Below are positions 40,197 through 49,570 of a DNA stretch of 64,000 bases, piece after piece; position 1 is the stretch's first letter, and each line of letters begins with the position of its first letter. This stretch comes from Candidatus Binatia bacterium (GTDB lineage Bacteria > Desulfobacterota > Binatia > UBA9968 > JAJDTQ01), in the NCBI GenBank assembly GCA_963666515.2, contig OY762897.2, forward strand, positions 3,072,001 to 3,136,000. Reading direction: 5' to 3'. The notes below the pieces were generated by a model. That model had not been told where the DNA came from. It searched no databases and saw nothing but the letters and a program-made list of their open reading frames with translations. The position numbers were made by a program, and so were the translations under genes.

Positions 40197-42031
40197 GATT
40201 CGTCTACTTTCGTTTCGATGCCGTTGGTGGCTGCCTCGCGATGCTGCTCCACCTGCCGCACGATCTCGCCCGCGGTGGCGGGGAGTCCGTCGTAAATGAG
40301 AATACTGACGATCTTCGTGGCGAACTCCGGATACTCCTCCTTGAAGATCGCCGCCATCTGCCCGTCGCGGTTCTGCTCCATGAGGTAGACAACCTCGTGG
40401 GAGGCCACGAATTCCCGGACCTCGGCGGCCAGGGGCAGCGCCCTCAGCAGCAGGTGGTTGGTCTCGATGCCCGCGGCCCGGAGTCGGTCCCGGGCCTCGC
40501 GCACGGCCTCGTAGCTCGACCCGAAGCAGATCACGCCGGTGTTGACGTCCGGCTGGGCCTCGACCAGGGGCTTGGGAACATACGCGCGGGCGGTGTCGTG
40601 CTTGCGCCGCAACCGGTCCAGGACCTCCTTGTAGTCCTTCTCGTCTTCCGAGTACCGCGCCTGGTCATCGTGGCCCGAGCCGCGGGCGAAATAGGCCGCC
40701 AGCGGATGCTCGGTGCCCGGCAGGGTCCTCTGCGGCACGCCGTCGCCGTCCACGTCGCGGTAGCGCGCAAAGCTTCCTTGCTTTTCCAGTCCGTCGGCGT
40801 CGAGGAGCTTGCCCCGGTCGAAGGGCTCCTGCACCAGCTCCAGCGGATCCGAGCCCCACAGGTTCATGCCCAGGTCCAGGTCCATCATGACGAACACCGG
40901 GGTCTGGAAGCGGTCCGCCAGGTCGAAGCTCTTGCGTCCGAGGTCGAAGCAGGACTTCATGTCGTGGGGGATCAGGATGACGTGGCGCGTGTCGCCGTGG
41001 GAGGCCACGTGCATGAGCTGGATGTCGGCCTGCTGGGTGCGGGTGGGGAGGCCGGTGGAAGGGCCGCCGCGCTGGATGATGAAGTAGACTCCGGGTATCT
41101 CCGCGAAGTACTGGAGGCCGATGGTCTCGTTCATGAGCGACAGGCCCGGCCCCGAGGTGGAGGTCATGGCCCGCGCGCCCATCCAGCCGGCCCCCGCCAC
41201 CATGTTGGTGGCGGCGATCTCGTCCTCGGCCTGGATGATCGCGTAGGTGTTCTTGCCGTCCTTGTCCTTGCGAAGCCGCGGCATGTACCGTTCCAGCGCC
41301 TCGGCCAGGGAGCTGGACGGGGTGATGGGATACCAGGCGCAGAAAGTGACCCCGCCGTAGATGGCGCCCAGCGCGCAGGCGGTGTTGCCCTCGGTGACGA
41401 TCTTGCCGTCGTTGCCGCCGGGGATCTTTTCCAGCATGGAGAGGGACTGGCTCAGGTTGTTGTCGCGCATGTGGTTGTAGCCCAGCTCGATGCAGAGCAG
41501 GTTGGACTCGATGACCGCGGGCTTGTTGCCGAAGGTGTCGCTCAGCACCTCGCGGATCGTCTCCATGTCGATGCCGAAGAGCCAGGCCAGGGCGCCCACG
41601 TACAGCATGTTGCGCTGCTTGGCCCGCAACGGCCCCGCTTCCACGTGTTTCTGGACCAGGGCGTTGGCCGGGACGCCGAGATACTGGACGCCGTCGCGCT
41701 TCAGGTGGTCGGGCAACGGCTTGGTGTCGTCGTAGAGGATCAGGCCGCCGTCGCGCACCCGGTAGATGTCCTTGTCCGCGGTGTCGTCGTTGAACATCAC
41801 CATGACGTCGATGACGTCCTTGCGGCCCAGGTAGCCGTCGGCGTTGGCGCGGATCTGGTACCAGGTGGGCAGGCCCTGGATGTTGGACGGAAACATGTTC
41901 TTGGAGGAGCAGGGGATGCCCATCTTGAAGATGGACTTGAACAGGATATTGTTGGAAGAAGCACTTCCTGAACCGTTGGCAGTAGCGACGCTAATGCTGA
42001 GATCGTTGACAACGGGCATGTCGTTCTCCAT
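40169..42031 (-). CDS. korA: 2-oxoacid:ferredoxin oxidoreductase alpha subunit (gamma-alpha fused)
   Basis: NGSGS, YPITPS, AEDEIA, TSGPG, QRGGPSTGLPT. Confidence 0.92.
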   Translation of the reverse strand: MENDMPVVNDLSISVATANGSGSASSNNILFKSIFKMGIPCSSKNMFPSNIQGLPTWYQIRANADGYLGRKDVIDVMVMFNDDTADKDIYRVRDGGLILYDDTKPLPDHLKRDGVQYLGVPANALVQKHVEAGPLRAKQRNMLYVGALAWLFGIDMETIREVLSDTFGNKPAVIESNLLCIELGYNHMRDNNLSQSLSMLEKIPGGNDGKIVTEGNTACALGAIYGGVTFCAWYPITPSSSLAEALERYMPRLRKDKDGKNTYAIIQAEDEIAATNMVAGAGWMGARAMTSTSGPGLSLMNETIGLQYFAEIPGVYFIIQRGGPSTGLPTRTQQADIQLMHVASHGDTRHVILIPHDMKSCFDLGRKSFDLADRFQTPVFVMMDLDLGMNLWGSDPLELVQEPFDRGKLLDADGLEKQGSFARYRDVDGDGVPQRTLPGTEHPLAAYFARGSGHDDQARYSEDEKDYKEVLDRLRRKHDTARAYVPKPLVEAQPDVNTGVICFGSSYEAVREARDRLRAAGIETNHLLLRALPLAAEVREFVASHEVVYLMEQNRDGQMAAIFKEEYPEFATKIVSILIYDGLPATAGEIVRQVEQHREAATNGIETKVDESWQRQTASI

Positions 42032-42147
42032 GGTTGCGGGGCGAAATGAGTTGGGTGGCTATTGTAACAACGGAACGTAACCGAAACAAGGACTTAACCG
42101 TTTCTTGACCGTCGATTCCGGCGTTCGTCCCCGGTCTCCGCTCCGTC

Positions 42148-43008
42148 CTACCCCGGCGTGTAGTTCTCGTCCGACTCCCAGAACTCCTCGATCTCCTTCC
42201 AGGCCTTCCTGACCGCGTCGTCGATGTCGAGCGCCTTGGCGTACTGCAGCACGTCTCCCACCGAGACGATGCCGGCCAGCCCGTCGCCGTCGCCGGCCAC
42301 CGGCATGTGGCGGAACCCGTTGTCGCGCATGGTCGCCAGCACCTCCTGGACGGGAGTCGATCCGCCGGCGACCAGGGGATCGGGGGTCATGACCTCGGAC
42401 ACCGGCACCTGCCCCATGTCCCGGTCTTCCAGGGCGATCCGCGTCAGGACGTCCCGCTCGGTGAAGATGCCGGCGGTCCTGCCGCCGGCGGAGACCATGA
42501 CGCAGCCCGTCTGCTCCCGCACCATCCTGTCGATGACCTGGGTGACCGGCATGGAGGCATCCACCGTGGGGACCACGCCGGAGACCACCTCTCCCACCGT
42601 GCGGGAGTCAGGCATGTTCGCGCCCAGCTCCACCACCAGGTTGAGTATCCGCCGCATGGAGACCAGGCCGACCATGCGCCGGTCGTCGCCGTACACCAGC
42701 AGGTGGCGGTAGCGTCCCTGGTACATCCGCCCCAGCACCTCGACGATGGACGTGCCCTGGGGCACTCCCTGGACCGGGGTGGTCATGACCCGGCGAATGG
42801 GCGTCTTGTGCACGTCGAGCAGGCGGTTCATCACCCGTCTCAGGATGTCGGTCTCGGTGAAGATGCCGGCCGGGGCGTCGTTCTCGGTGAGAACCACCCG
42901 CCCCACCCTGCGGTCCACCATGAGCCGGGTCACCTCCCGGATGGAACTCGACGGCTCCGCGGTGATGACCGCGGTCGTCATGATCTCGCTTACCTTGTTC
43001 GACAGCAT
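42148..43008 (-). CDS. Protein with four CBS domains
   Basis: Repeated GIFTE.D / VMT / RH(L/M) / G.VS..D patterns. Confidence 0.9.
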   Translation of the reverse strand: MLSNKVSEIMTTAVITAEPSSSIREVTRLMVDRRVGRVVLTENDAPAGIFTETDILRRVMNRLLDVHKTPIRRVMTTPVQGVPQGTSIVEVLGRMYQGRYRHLLVYGDDRRMVGLVSMRRILNLVVELGANMPDSRTVGEVVSGVVPTVDASMPVTQVIDRMVREQTGCVMVSAGGRTAGIFTERDVLTRIALEDRDMGQVPVSEVMTPDPLVAGGSTPVQEVLATMRDNGFRHMPVAGDGDGLAGIVSVGDVLQYAKALDIDDAVRKAWKEIEEFWESDENYTPG

Positions 43009-43066
43009 GGGAAACCTCCGAGACGCCGGGAAGGCCCGCCAAAGCGCCGCCCCCGGCTACAAATCA

Positions 43067-43149
43067 GATTCGTGTCCCGTCCGGTCGATCGCGCACGAAC
43101 CGGCGCGTGAATCAGCGCATGAATTGACCGGACAGGACACGAATCCTAC
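43067..43149. repeat. Long inverted repeat with GTAG tag (REP/MITE-like)
   Basis: GATTCGTGTCCCGTCCGGTC (43067-43086) and GACCGGACAGGACACGAATC (43126-43145), 19/20 complementary, followed by CTAC. Confidence 0.65.
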
Positions 43150-43188
43150 ACTAAGATAACCACAGCATTTCGTCTTGCGCAATTTCTC

Positions 43189-44469
43189 ATGGAAACCGTC
43201 ATCGCCTGCCTCTTCGTCGCCTTTCTGTCCGCGGAACTGATCGTCGAAGCCCTGCTCAACGAAGCCAACATGCGGCACCTGGAGCGACAGTGGCGGCAGG
43301 GCCGGCTGCCGGACCTGTTCGCTGCCCGCATCAACCCCGAAACCCACGAGAAATCGGTACGTTACGCCCTGGCCCGGGGACGTTTCGCGCGCTGGTCCGC
43401 GGTCTACGGGACCGCGCTGACGCTGCTGGTGCTGTTCGGCGGCGTGCTGCCGTGGGTGGACGGGCTCGGCCGCGGCCTCGGCGCCTTCCTGCCGGTGGCC
43501 GAGGCCCCGGGCATCCTGTTCTGCCTCGCCGTCGGCGGCATCTTCACCGTGATGTCCCTACCCCTCGGGATCTACTCGACCTTCGTGCTCGAAGAGCGTT
43601 TCGGCTTCAACAAGACCGACGTGCGCACCTTCATCATGGACCGGCTCAAGGGGGTGGTCCTCGCCGTGGTGCTCGGGGCGCCGTTCCTCTACGGCGTGCT
43701 GTGGCTCATGAAGGCCACCGGCGCCTGGTGGTGGGTCTACGTCTTCGGCTTCGTGTTCGCGTTCCAGGGCCTGATGCTGGTCATCTATCCCACTCTGATC
43801 GCGCCGCTGTTCAACCGGTTCTCGCCGGTGGCGGACGACTCGCTGCGGGACGCCATCGCCGAGCTGGCGCAGCGGGTGGGGCTCCGGACCAGCGGCATCT
43901 ACACCATGGACGGCTCCAAGCGTTCCGGGCATTCCAACGCCTACTTCACCGGGCTGGGGAAGGCCAAGCGCATCGTGCTGTTCGACACGCTGCTGGAGCA
44001 ACTGGACCGCCCGCAGCTCCTGTCGGTGCTGGCGCACGAGATGGGGCACTACAAGATGCGGCACGTGCTCAAGGGTCTCGGCCTGAGCGCCGTCTTCACG
44101 CTGGCCGGGCTGTGGGTGCTCAGCCTGCTCCTGGACTACCCGCCCCTGTTCCGCACCTTCGGGCTCGCCGAGCCCGCCCACCACACGGCGCTGGTGATCT
44201 TCTCGCTGATCTCCGGACCGTTTACGTTCTGGCTGGCGCCCTTCATGAACCGCATCTCGCGCCGGCACGAGTACGAGGCCGACGGTTTCGCGGTGCGGCT
44301 GCTGGAGGACGGCAAACCCATGGAAGAGGCCCTGGTGGCCCTGACCGTCAACAACCTGAGCAATCCGACGCCCCATCCCTGGTACTCGGCCTACCACGAT
44401 TCGCACCCGGCCACCGCGGAGCGGGTGCGAGCGATCCGGGCCGCGGAAACCACACGAGGAACCCCATGA
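43189..44469 (+). CDS. M48 metallopeptidase (Ste24-like)
   Basis: Multiple TMs, DGSKRS.HSNAYFTG, HEMGH, EYEAD, SHP. Confidence 0.92.
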   Translation: METVIACLFVAFLSAELIVEALLNEANMRHLERQWRQGRLPDLFAARINPETHEKSVRYALARGRFARWSAVYGTALTLLVLFGGVLPWVDGLGRGLGAFLPVAEAPGILFCLAVGGIFTVMSLPLGIYSTFVLEERFGFNKTDVRTFIMDRLKGVVLAVVLGAPFLYGVLWLMKATGAWWWVYVFGFVFAFQGLMLVIYPTLIAPLFNRFSPVADDSLRDAIAELAQRVGLRTSGIYTMDGSKRSGHSNAYFTGLGKAKRIVLFDTLLEQLDRPQLLSVLAHEMGHYKMRHVLKGLGLSAVFTLAGLWVLSLLLDYPPLFRTFGLAEPAHHTALVIFSLISGPFTFWLAPFMNRISRRHEYEADGFAVRLLEDGKPMEEALVALTVNNLSNPTPHPWYSAYHDSHPATAERVRAIRAAETTRGTP

Positions 44470-45524
44470 CACGGATACTGGACAACGACGACGTGCGGCA
44501 GGCCATGGACATCGACGAATGCCTGGAGGCGATGGCCGCGGCCTACCGGGACCTGCCCGAAGGGCGGTCGGTGAACCGCCCGACCACCCACATCTACACG
44601 CACCACTCCATGGACGGCGCCTCCTACAGCTTCAAGTCCGTGGAGGGGGCGGTGGAGCGGTTCGGCACCTTGGCGCTGCGGGTGACCTCGGACGTGGTCC
44701 GGGAGGAGACCTACAACGGCTCGGTGCGGCTGGAGAAGCTGCCGCTGGCCGGCAGGGGGCTGTTCCTGGGGCTGGTGCAATTGTACAGCCTTGAGAACGG
44801 CGAGTTGATGGGCATCATGCCGGACGGGGTGATCCAGCAGACCCGGGTGGCCGTCACCAGCGCCTTGGGCGCGCAGGCGCTGTGCCGCCCGGAGGCTACC
44901 CGGCTGGGGCTCATCGGCACCGGCGGTCAGGCACGCGCCCACTTCCGCCTGCTCACCCACGTGCTCCCCATCAAGACGGTCAAGGTCTACAGTCCCCGCC
45001 CCGAGCACCGGCAAGCCTTCGCCGAGGAGATGGGCGGGAAAGACGGCATCGAGGTCGAGCCCACGGGCAGCGTGGCCGCGGCCATCGCCGGATGCGACAT
45101 CATCTGCACCGCCACCAGCACCTCGTCCCCCATCATCACGGGCGACATGCTGGAGCCCGGCGTGCACTACAACGCCATCCGCGAGTTCGAGCACGACGAC
45201 ACCGTCTTCGCCAGGGCCGACGTCACCGGCATCCACACGCAGATGGGGGGCATCCGGCACCACCTGCCTCCCGGCATCGACCACCTGCCGGGCATCCGCC
45301 AGGAAAAGCCGCGGGACTGGACCGTCTACCCCGAGATCTCGGACTTCCTGTCGGGCCGCGTATCTGGCCGCACCGACGCCGGCCAGATCACCTTCTTCCT
45401 CAACAACATCGGCACCGGAGTACAGTTCGCCGCCATGGGCCACTGCATCCTCAAGGCCGCCGAAAAGATGGGGCTGGGCAAGGAGGTGACGAGCGATTGG
45501 TTCCTGCAGGACATCAAGCCGTGA
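44466..45524 (+). CDS. Ornithine cyclodeaminase/mu-crystallin family protein (second paralog)
   Basis: TRVA, GLIGTGGQA, VYSP, GVQFA, WFLQDIKP; ATGA overlap with upstream gene. Confidence 0.88.
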   Translation: MTRILDNDDVRQAMDIDECLEAMAAAYRDLPEGRSVNRPTTHIYTHHSMDGASYSFKSVEGAVERFGTLALRVTSDVVREETYNGSVRLEKLPLAGRGLFLGLVQLYSLENGELMGIMPDGVIQQTRVAVTSALGAQALCRPEATRLGLIGTGGQARAHFRLLTHVLPIKTVKVYSPRPEHRQAFAEEMGGKDGIEVEPTGSVAAAIAGCDIICTATSTSSPIITGDMLEPGVHYNAIREFEHDDTVFARADVTGIHTQMGGIRHHLPPGIDHLPGIRQEKPRDWTVYPEISDFLSGRVSGRTDAGQITFFLNNIGTGVQFAAMGHCILKAAEKMGLGKEVTSDWFLQDIKP

Positions 45525-46741
45525 TGGGGAACGGCTCAGCGCAGCAGGGCTCGACGAAGCACGGCCCAACCCCGCACGGCGGTAGCGCGGGGGCTTTCTC
45601 CCTCTACGTGCATATCCCCTACTGCTTGAGCAAATGCCCGTACTGCGACTTCAACTCGCACGTCGCCGCCCGTATCCCTGAAGAAGAATACACGCGGGCG
45701 CTGCTGCGGGAGCTGCGCCATTATTCCGGGTCGGAGGCATGGGCGGGCCGCTCGGTGAAGACGGTCTTCTTCGGCGGCGGCACCCCCTCGACCTTCCAGG
45801 GAAGCAGCATCGGCGCCGTGCTCGACGAAGCCGCCAGACTCTTCGGTTTCGATGAAGCACCTGAGATCACGCTGGAAGCCAACCCCGGCGCGGTGGACGC
45901 GAGCCGCTTCCGGGACTACCGGACTTGCGGCGTCAACCGCATCAGCGTCGGCGCGCAGAGCTTCGACGCCGAACTGCTGCGGTTCCTGGGCCGGGTCCAC
46001 AGCGCCGACGAGACGCGCCAAGCCCTCGGATGCGTCCGGGACGCCGGCTTCGACAACTTCAGCCTCGACCTCATCTACGGCATTCCCGGCCAGACCGTGG
46101 ACGGCGTAAGCCGGGACCTCTCGCAGGCGCTGGAACACGAGCCGCCGCACCTGTCCGCCTACAACCTCACCATCGAGGAAGGCACGCCCTTCCACGCCCG
46201 CTACCGCCAGGGCCTGCTGCACCCCCTGGACGAAGAAGCCGAGATCGAGATGGCCGCCCTCATCCAGCGCACGTTGGAGCAGGCCGGGCTGGAGCGATAC
46301 GAGATCTCCAACTACGCCCGCCCGGGACGGGAGTCGCGCCACAACGTCAATTACTGGGAAGGCGGCGACTACCTCGGCATCGGCGCCGGCGCCCACAGCT
46401 ATCACCGCAAACCGGAGAACACCTTGGGGGAGCGCTGGCAGAACGAGCGGTCACCGGCGGGCTACATGCGGCTTGCGAATGAGGCCGGCCACGCAGTCAT
46501 CGAGCGCGAGCGGCCGGAGCTGCGTCAGGCCATGGCCGAACACCTGTTCACCGGGCTACGGATGATCGGCGGAGTTTCGGCGCCAAGCTTTTGCCGGCGG
46601 TTCGGAACAAAACCCGAGGACGCCTTCCCCGACATCGCGGAGTGGGTCTCGGAGGGACTGCTGGTCGAGGACGGCCAACGGCTGCGCTTTACGCCGCGCG
46701 GGTTGCTGCTGGCCAACGAGCTGTTCGTTCGGCTGGTGTGA
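45524..46741 (+). CDS. hemW: Radical SAM heme chaperone HemW
   Basis: LYVHIPYC...CPYCDF, FGGGTPS, YEISN, HNVNYW. Confidence 0.92.
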   Translation: MGNGSAQQGSTKHGPTPHGGSAGAFSLYVHIPYCLSKCPYCDFNSHVAARIPEEEYTRALLRELRHYSGSEAWAGRSVKTVFFGGGTPSTFQGSSIGAVLDEAARLFGFDEAPEITLEANPGAVDASRFRDYRTCGVNRISVGAQSFDAELLRFLGRVHSADETRQALGCVRDAGFDNFSLDLIYGIPGQTVDGVSRDLSQALEHEPPHLSAYNLTIEEGTPFHARYRQGLLHPLDEEAEIEMAALIQRTLEQAGLERYEISNYARPGRESRHNVNYWEGGDYLGIGAGAHSYHRKPENTLGERWQNERSPAGYMRLANEAGHAVIERERPELRQAMAEHLFTGLRMIGGVSAPSFCRRFGTKPEDAFPDIAEWVSEGLLVEDGQRLRFTPRGLLLANELFVRLV

Positions 46742-46748
46742 GGGAGTG

Positions 46749-47030
46749 TTACCCCACGCTCTTGAGCTTGCCCGTCACGAATTTGTGGAGTGTGCTTGAA
46801 ATAAGGGTCTGGTAGGGCATTCCTTCCTTGCTGGCTCTTTTCTGCAGGGCCTCCAGATCACGGGATGAGATCCGAATGTTGATTCTTTTGTCCTTCTGAA
46901 GGAAGCCGTGTGCGGCTTCCTCAAGTTCTCGCTTCGCTTCCTTGAAGTCGTTGATGCTTTCGAGTTCCCCGCGTTCAAAGTCCTGGAGGAGTTGCACTTC
47001 TTCCGCATCCAGATTGAGAGGGCTGCTCAT
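46749..47030 (-). CDS. BrnA/CopG-like antitoxin
   Basis: KDKRINIRIS..DL...A..EGMPYQTLISS.LH; overlaps toxin stop. Confidence 0.85.
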   Translation of the reverse strand: MSSPLNLDAEEVQLLQDFERGELESINDFKEAKRELEEAAHGFLQKDKRINIRISSRDLEALQKRASKEGMPYQTLISSTLHKFVTGKLKSVG

Positions 47031-47308
47031 TTCAGGTACTCCTTGGTGGCTTTTCTGCTCGGGATGATGGTCTTGAGGAACCGTGTTCCATCCTGCTCCA
47101 CGTACGGGACCAGATACACGTACCCTTCCATGTTCAGAACGATGATGCTCTGATTCGGATACCGGGACGCATTGGGATGTCTGATGATGTCCAGCACGTC
47201 GCCATTGCTGATGTGGAAGACGACATCCTCGAAACATACGCCCCGCGTCTTCTCAAGAAGCTCATTCTTCTCGTCATCCCAGTCAAATTCATGCACGTGT
47301 GAAAGCAT
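47027..47308 (-). CDS. BrnT-family toxin
   Basis: FDWDDEKN....RGVCFE, HPN...YPNQ, FLKTIIPSRK. Confidence 0.88.
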   Translation of the reverse strand: MLSHVHEFDWDDEKNELLEKTRGVCFEDVVFHISNGDVLDIIRHPNASRYPNQSIIVLNMEGYVYLVPYVEQDGTRFLKTIIPSRKATKEYLK

Positions 47309-47394
47309 CGCATGATGTGTGCCTTTTGTCAACACAATGGGAGGCCTTCCTGGCACTTGCCGTATAAGGGGATGCGAGCAAGTCCACCACCAGA

Positions 47395-47424
47395 TTGCAC
47401 AGCTACCCCATTGGGGTATATACT
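47395..47424 (+). promoter_or_regulatory. TA promoter with palindromic operator
   Basis: TTGCAC-18 bp-TATACT enclosing TACCCCA-T-TGGGGTA (47404-47418). Confidence 0.65.
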
Positions 47425-47429
47425 GCGCT

Positions 47430-47552
47430 GTGGTAGACGGTAACCGAAACCTAGACCTCGATGTGGCAGGTCAACGAGGTCAACACGGACGAAGACGTAC
47501 CGCTTCGGCTATCTCGACCGCACCGGAGGCAACACGGAAGGAGGCGAAGTGA
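47430..47552 (+). pseudogene. Decayed RelE/HigB-type toxin remnant
   Basis: Only about 120 bp between promoter and HigA-like gene; frameshifted TVTET*T..Q.....DED and YL..PEA fragments resembling a HigB N-terminus; stop overlaps antitoxin start (GTGA). Confidence 0.45.
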
Positions 47553-47845
47553 GTACCTTTGGCGACGATCTGGTCCAAGCTCTGCACGAAGCGCTCGCCC
47601 ATGCGAAGGGCAAGGGCCCCGCCACCGTATATGATCCGGTCACACCTCACGACGTCCGCAAGCAAGCGAAGCTAACCCAGGTACAGATGGCGCGATTGAT
47701 GGGCATGAGCCTTTCCGGCTACCGGAAGTGGGAACAGGGGACCCGGCGGGTCAGCGGCCCCGCAGCCATTCTGCTGCAGTTGATCGAAAAGGAACCGGAA
47801 GCGGTAAGGCGCGCATTGCTGGCATCGTCAAGAGGCGACCACTGA
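47549..47845 (+). CDS. XRE-family HTH antitoxin (HigA-like)
   Basis: L.EALAHAKG, LTQ..MA..MG.S.....KWEQG.R..SGPA..LL......PEAV. Confidence 0.88.
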   Translation: MSTFGDDLVQALHEALAHAKGKGPATVYDPVTPHDVRKQAKLTQVQMARLMGMSLSGYRKWEQGTRRVSGPAAILLQLIEKEPEAVRRALLASSRGDH

Positions 47846-47912
47846 TGTGTACTCCCAAAGCACGGACTCTCTGTAGTCACTGACATGACGAACTCGCTCC
47901 ATTGGTGTCACT

Positions 47913-48674
47913 ATGGCTAGCAAATCAGCGATTGAGTGGACCGACGCGACCTGGAACCCCGTGACCGGTTGCACAAAAGTGACGCGCGGTTGCGACAACT
48001 GTTATGCGGAACGCTTCGCCGAACGATGGCGTGGCGTGGTGGGACACGCTTACGAACAGGGCTTCGATCTCCGCCTGTGGCCGTCGCGACTGAACCAACC
48101 CGCCAAATGGCGAAAGCCGCGGATGATCTTCGTCAATTCGATGAGCGACCTTTTTCATAGACGCGTCGACCGCCGTTTCATCGACAAGGTATTCCATACG
48201 ATGGAAACGGTAGATCGGCACGTCTATCAGATTCTCACGAAGCGCAGCTCGCTCATGAGGGACTATTTGCGGCGCAGATACGCTAGCGGCTTGGCTCCCG
48301 ACCACATCTGGTGTGGCGTATCCGTTGAAGATCACTCAGCAAGGGCCAGAGTTCAGCATCTCCGAACGGCGCCGCTCACCGTTCGGTTCCTCTCGATAGA
48401 ACCGCTTCTCGGTCCCGTCGGAGACATTGATCTCGAAGGGATATCCTGGGTCATCGTCGGTGGTGAAAGCGGCCCACAGGCTCGGCCAATGCGGCCCGAA
48501 TGGGTACGCGACATCCGGGACCGCTGCGCTCGGGCCGGAGTGCCCTTCTTCTTTAAGCAGTGGGGCGGCCAAACCCCAAAAGCTGGCGGCCGTGAATTGG
48601 AAGGGGTGGAGCACAACGCCATGCCGAAGCATTCAACGGGGAAAGACGACAATGTCCTTCGAGTGGCATCCTGA
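47913..48674 (+). CDS. DUF5131 (phage Gp37/Gp68-like) three-Cys radical-SAM-like protein
   Basis: IEWTDATWNPVTGCTKVTRGCDNCYA, FVNSMSDLFH, ILTKR, EPLL, GGESG, FFFKQWGG. Confidence 0.92.
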   Translation: MASKSAIEWTDATWNPVTGCTKVTRGCDNCYAERFAERWRGVVGHAYEQGFDLRLWPSRLNQPAKWRKPRMIFVNSMSDLFHRRVDRRFIDKVFHTMETVDRHVYQILTKRSSLMRDYLRRRYASGLAPDHIWCGVSVEDHSARARVQHLRTAPLTVRFLSIEPLLGPVGDIDLEGISWVIVGGESGPQARPMRPEWVRDIRDRCARAGVPFFFKQWGGQTPKAGGRELEGVEHNAMPKHSTGKDDNVLRVAS

Positions 48675-49570
48675 CGAACCGCCACCTCTCATCGAGGCTC
48701 ACAGCAAGGCGAAACTTGAGGTATTGCGCAGCTACCTACGGGAGTATTTCGACAGACTGAACGTCAACCCACAGCGTGAGGAATTCAAGCTCGACCTCAT
48801 TGACGGATTCGCTGGGGGAGGTACCTTTCGCGACGGAGATACCGTTGTTTCCGGCACCCCGTTAGTTATGCTGGAAGAAGCAGCAGCAGCGAAAGACCGG
48901 CTGAACGAGAACCGGGTCAAACGACTACACGTCGACTGTAAATTCTACTTCATCGACAAGGAAAAGGCCCACACGGATCACCTTCGAAAAGCTCTTCAAG
49001 AGCATGGGCACAATATTGATGACGAAAGGATTGTCGTTCGGAACAGTCTGTTCGAAAATGAACTTGAAAATATCCTCAACTCGATCCGCCAAAGACAGCC
49101 TCGTTCCGGTCGAGCAATCTTTCTCCTCGATCAAACCGGGTTCTCTCAAGTGGAACTGGCACTCGTTTCCCGTATCTTCAACCAACTACCGGCGGCCGAA
49201 GTCATTCTGACATTTGCCGCAGATGCCCTTGTCAACCATCTGGCGCAGACGCCGCAGATAGCCAAGGCCGTCGCGCCGCTGCAGTTGACGGACTCGCAGA
49301 TACAAGACCTGATCCAATTCAGGGATGGGGACGGTGGCAGGGCGCTCGTCCAACGGACGCTTCGTGATCACACTCGAATTGTCACCGGAGCAACGTACGA
49401 CACGCCCTTTTTTATTCGCCCCAGATCGTCGCGGCGCGCCTTGTGGTTTCTCCATCTGTCAAGGCATCCGACGGCGCGCGATGTCATGATCCAGCAGCAT
49501 TGGAATATCCAGAATACCTTTGTGCATTACGGCCGTGGCGACTTTGGTATGTTGGGTTGGGACACATTAA
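48652..49570 (+). pseudogene. tcmP: Three-Cys-motif partner protein TcmP, 5' part (interrupted by IS)
   Basis: HSKAK...L..YL, IDGFAGGG SAM-like motif, directly after DUF5131; reading frame ends inside the IS left end. Confidence 0.82.

Noticed and set aside
43290-44465. 744-aa ORF suggesting a fusion upstream of the second OCD
   Set aside because: Upstream part is an off-frame overlap of the M48 peptidase; real start is ATG 44466.
47913-48674. Prophage call from the Gp37/Gp68 label
   Set aside because: No structural, terminase or integrase genes nearby.
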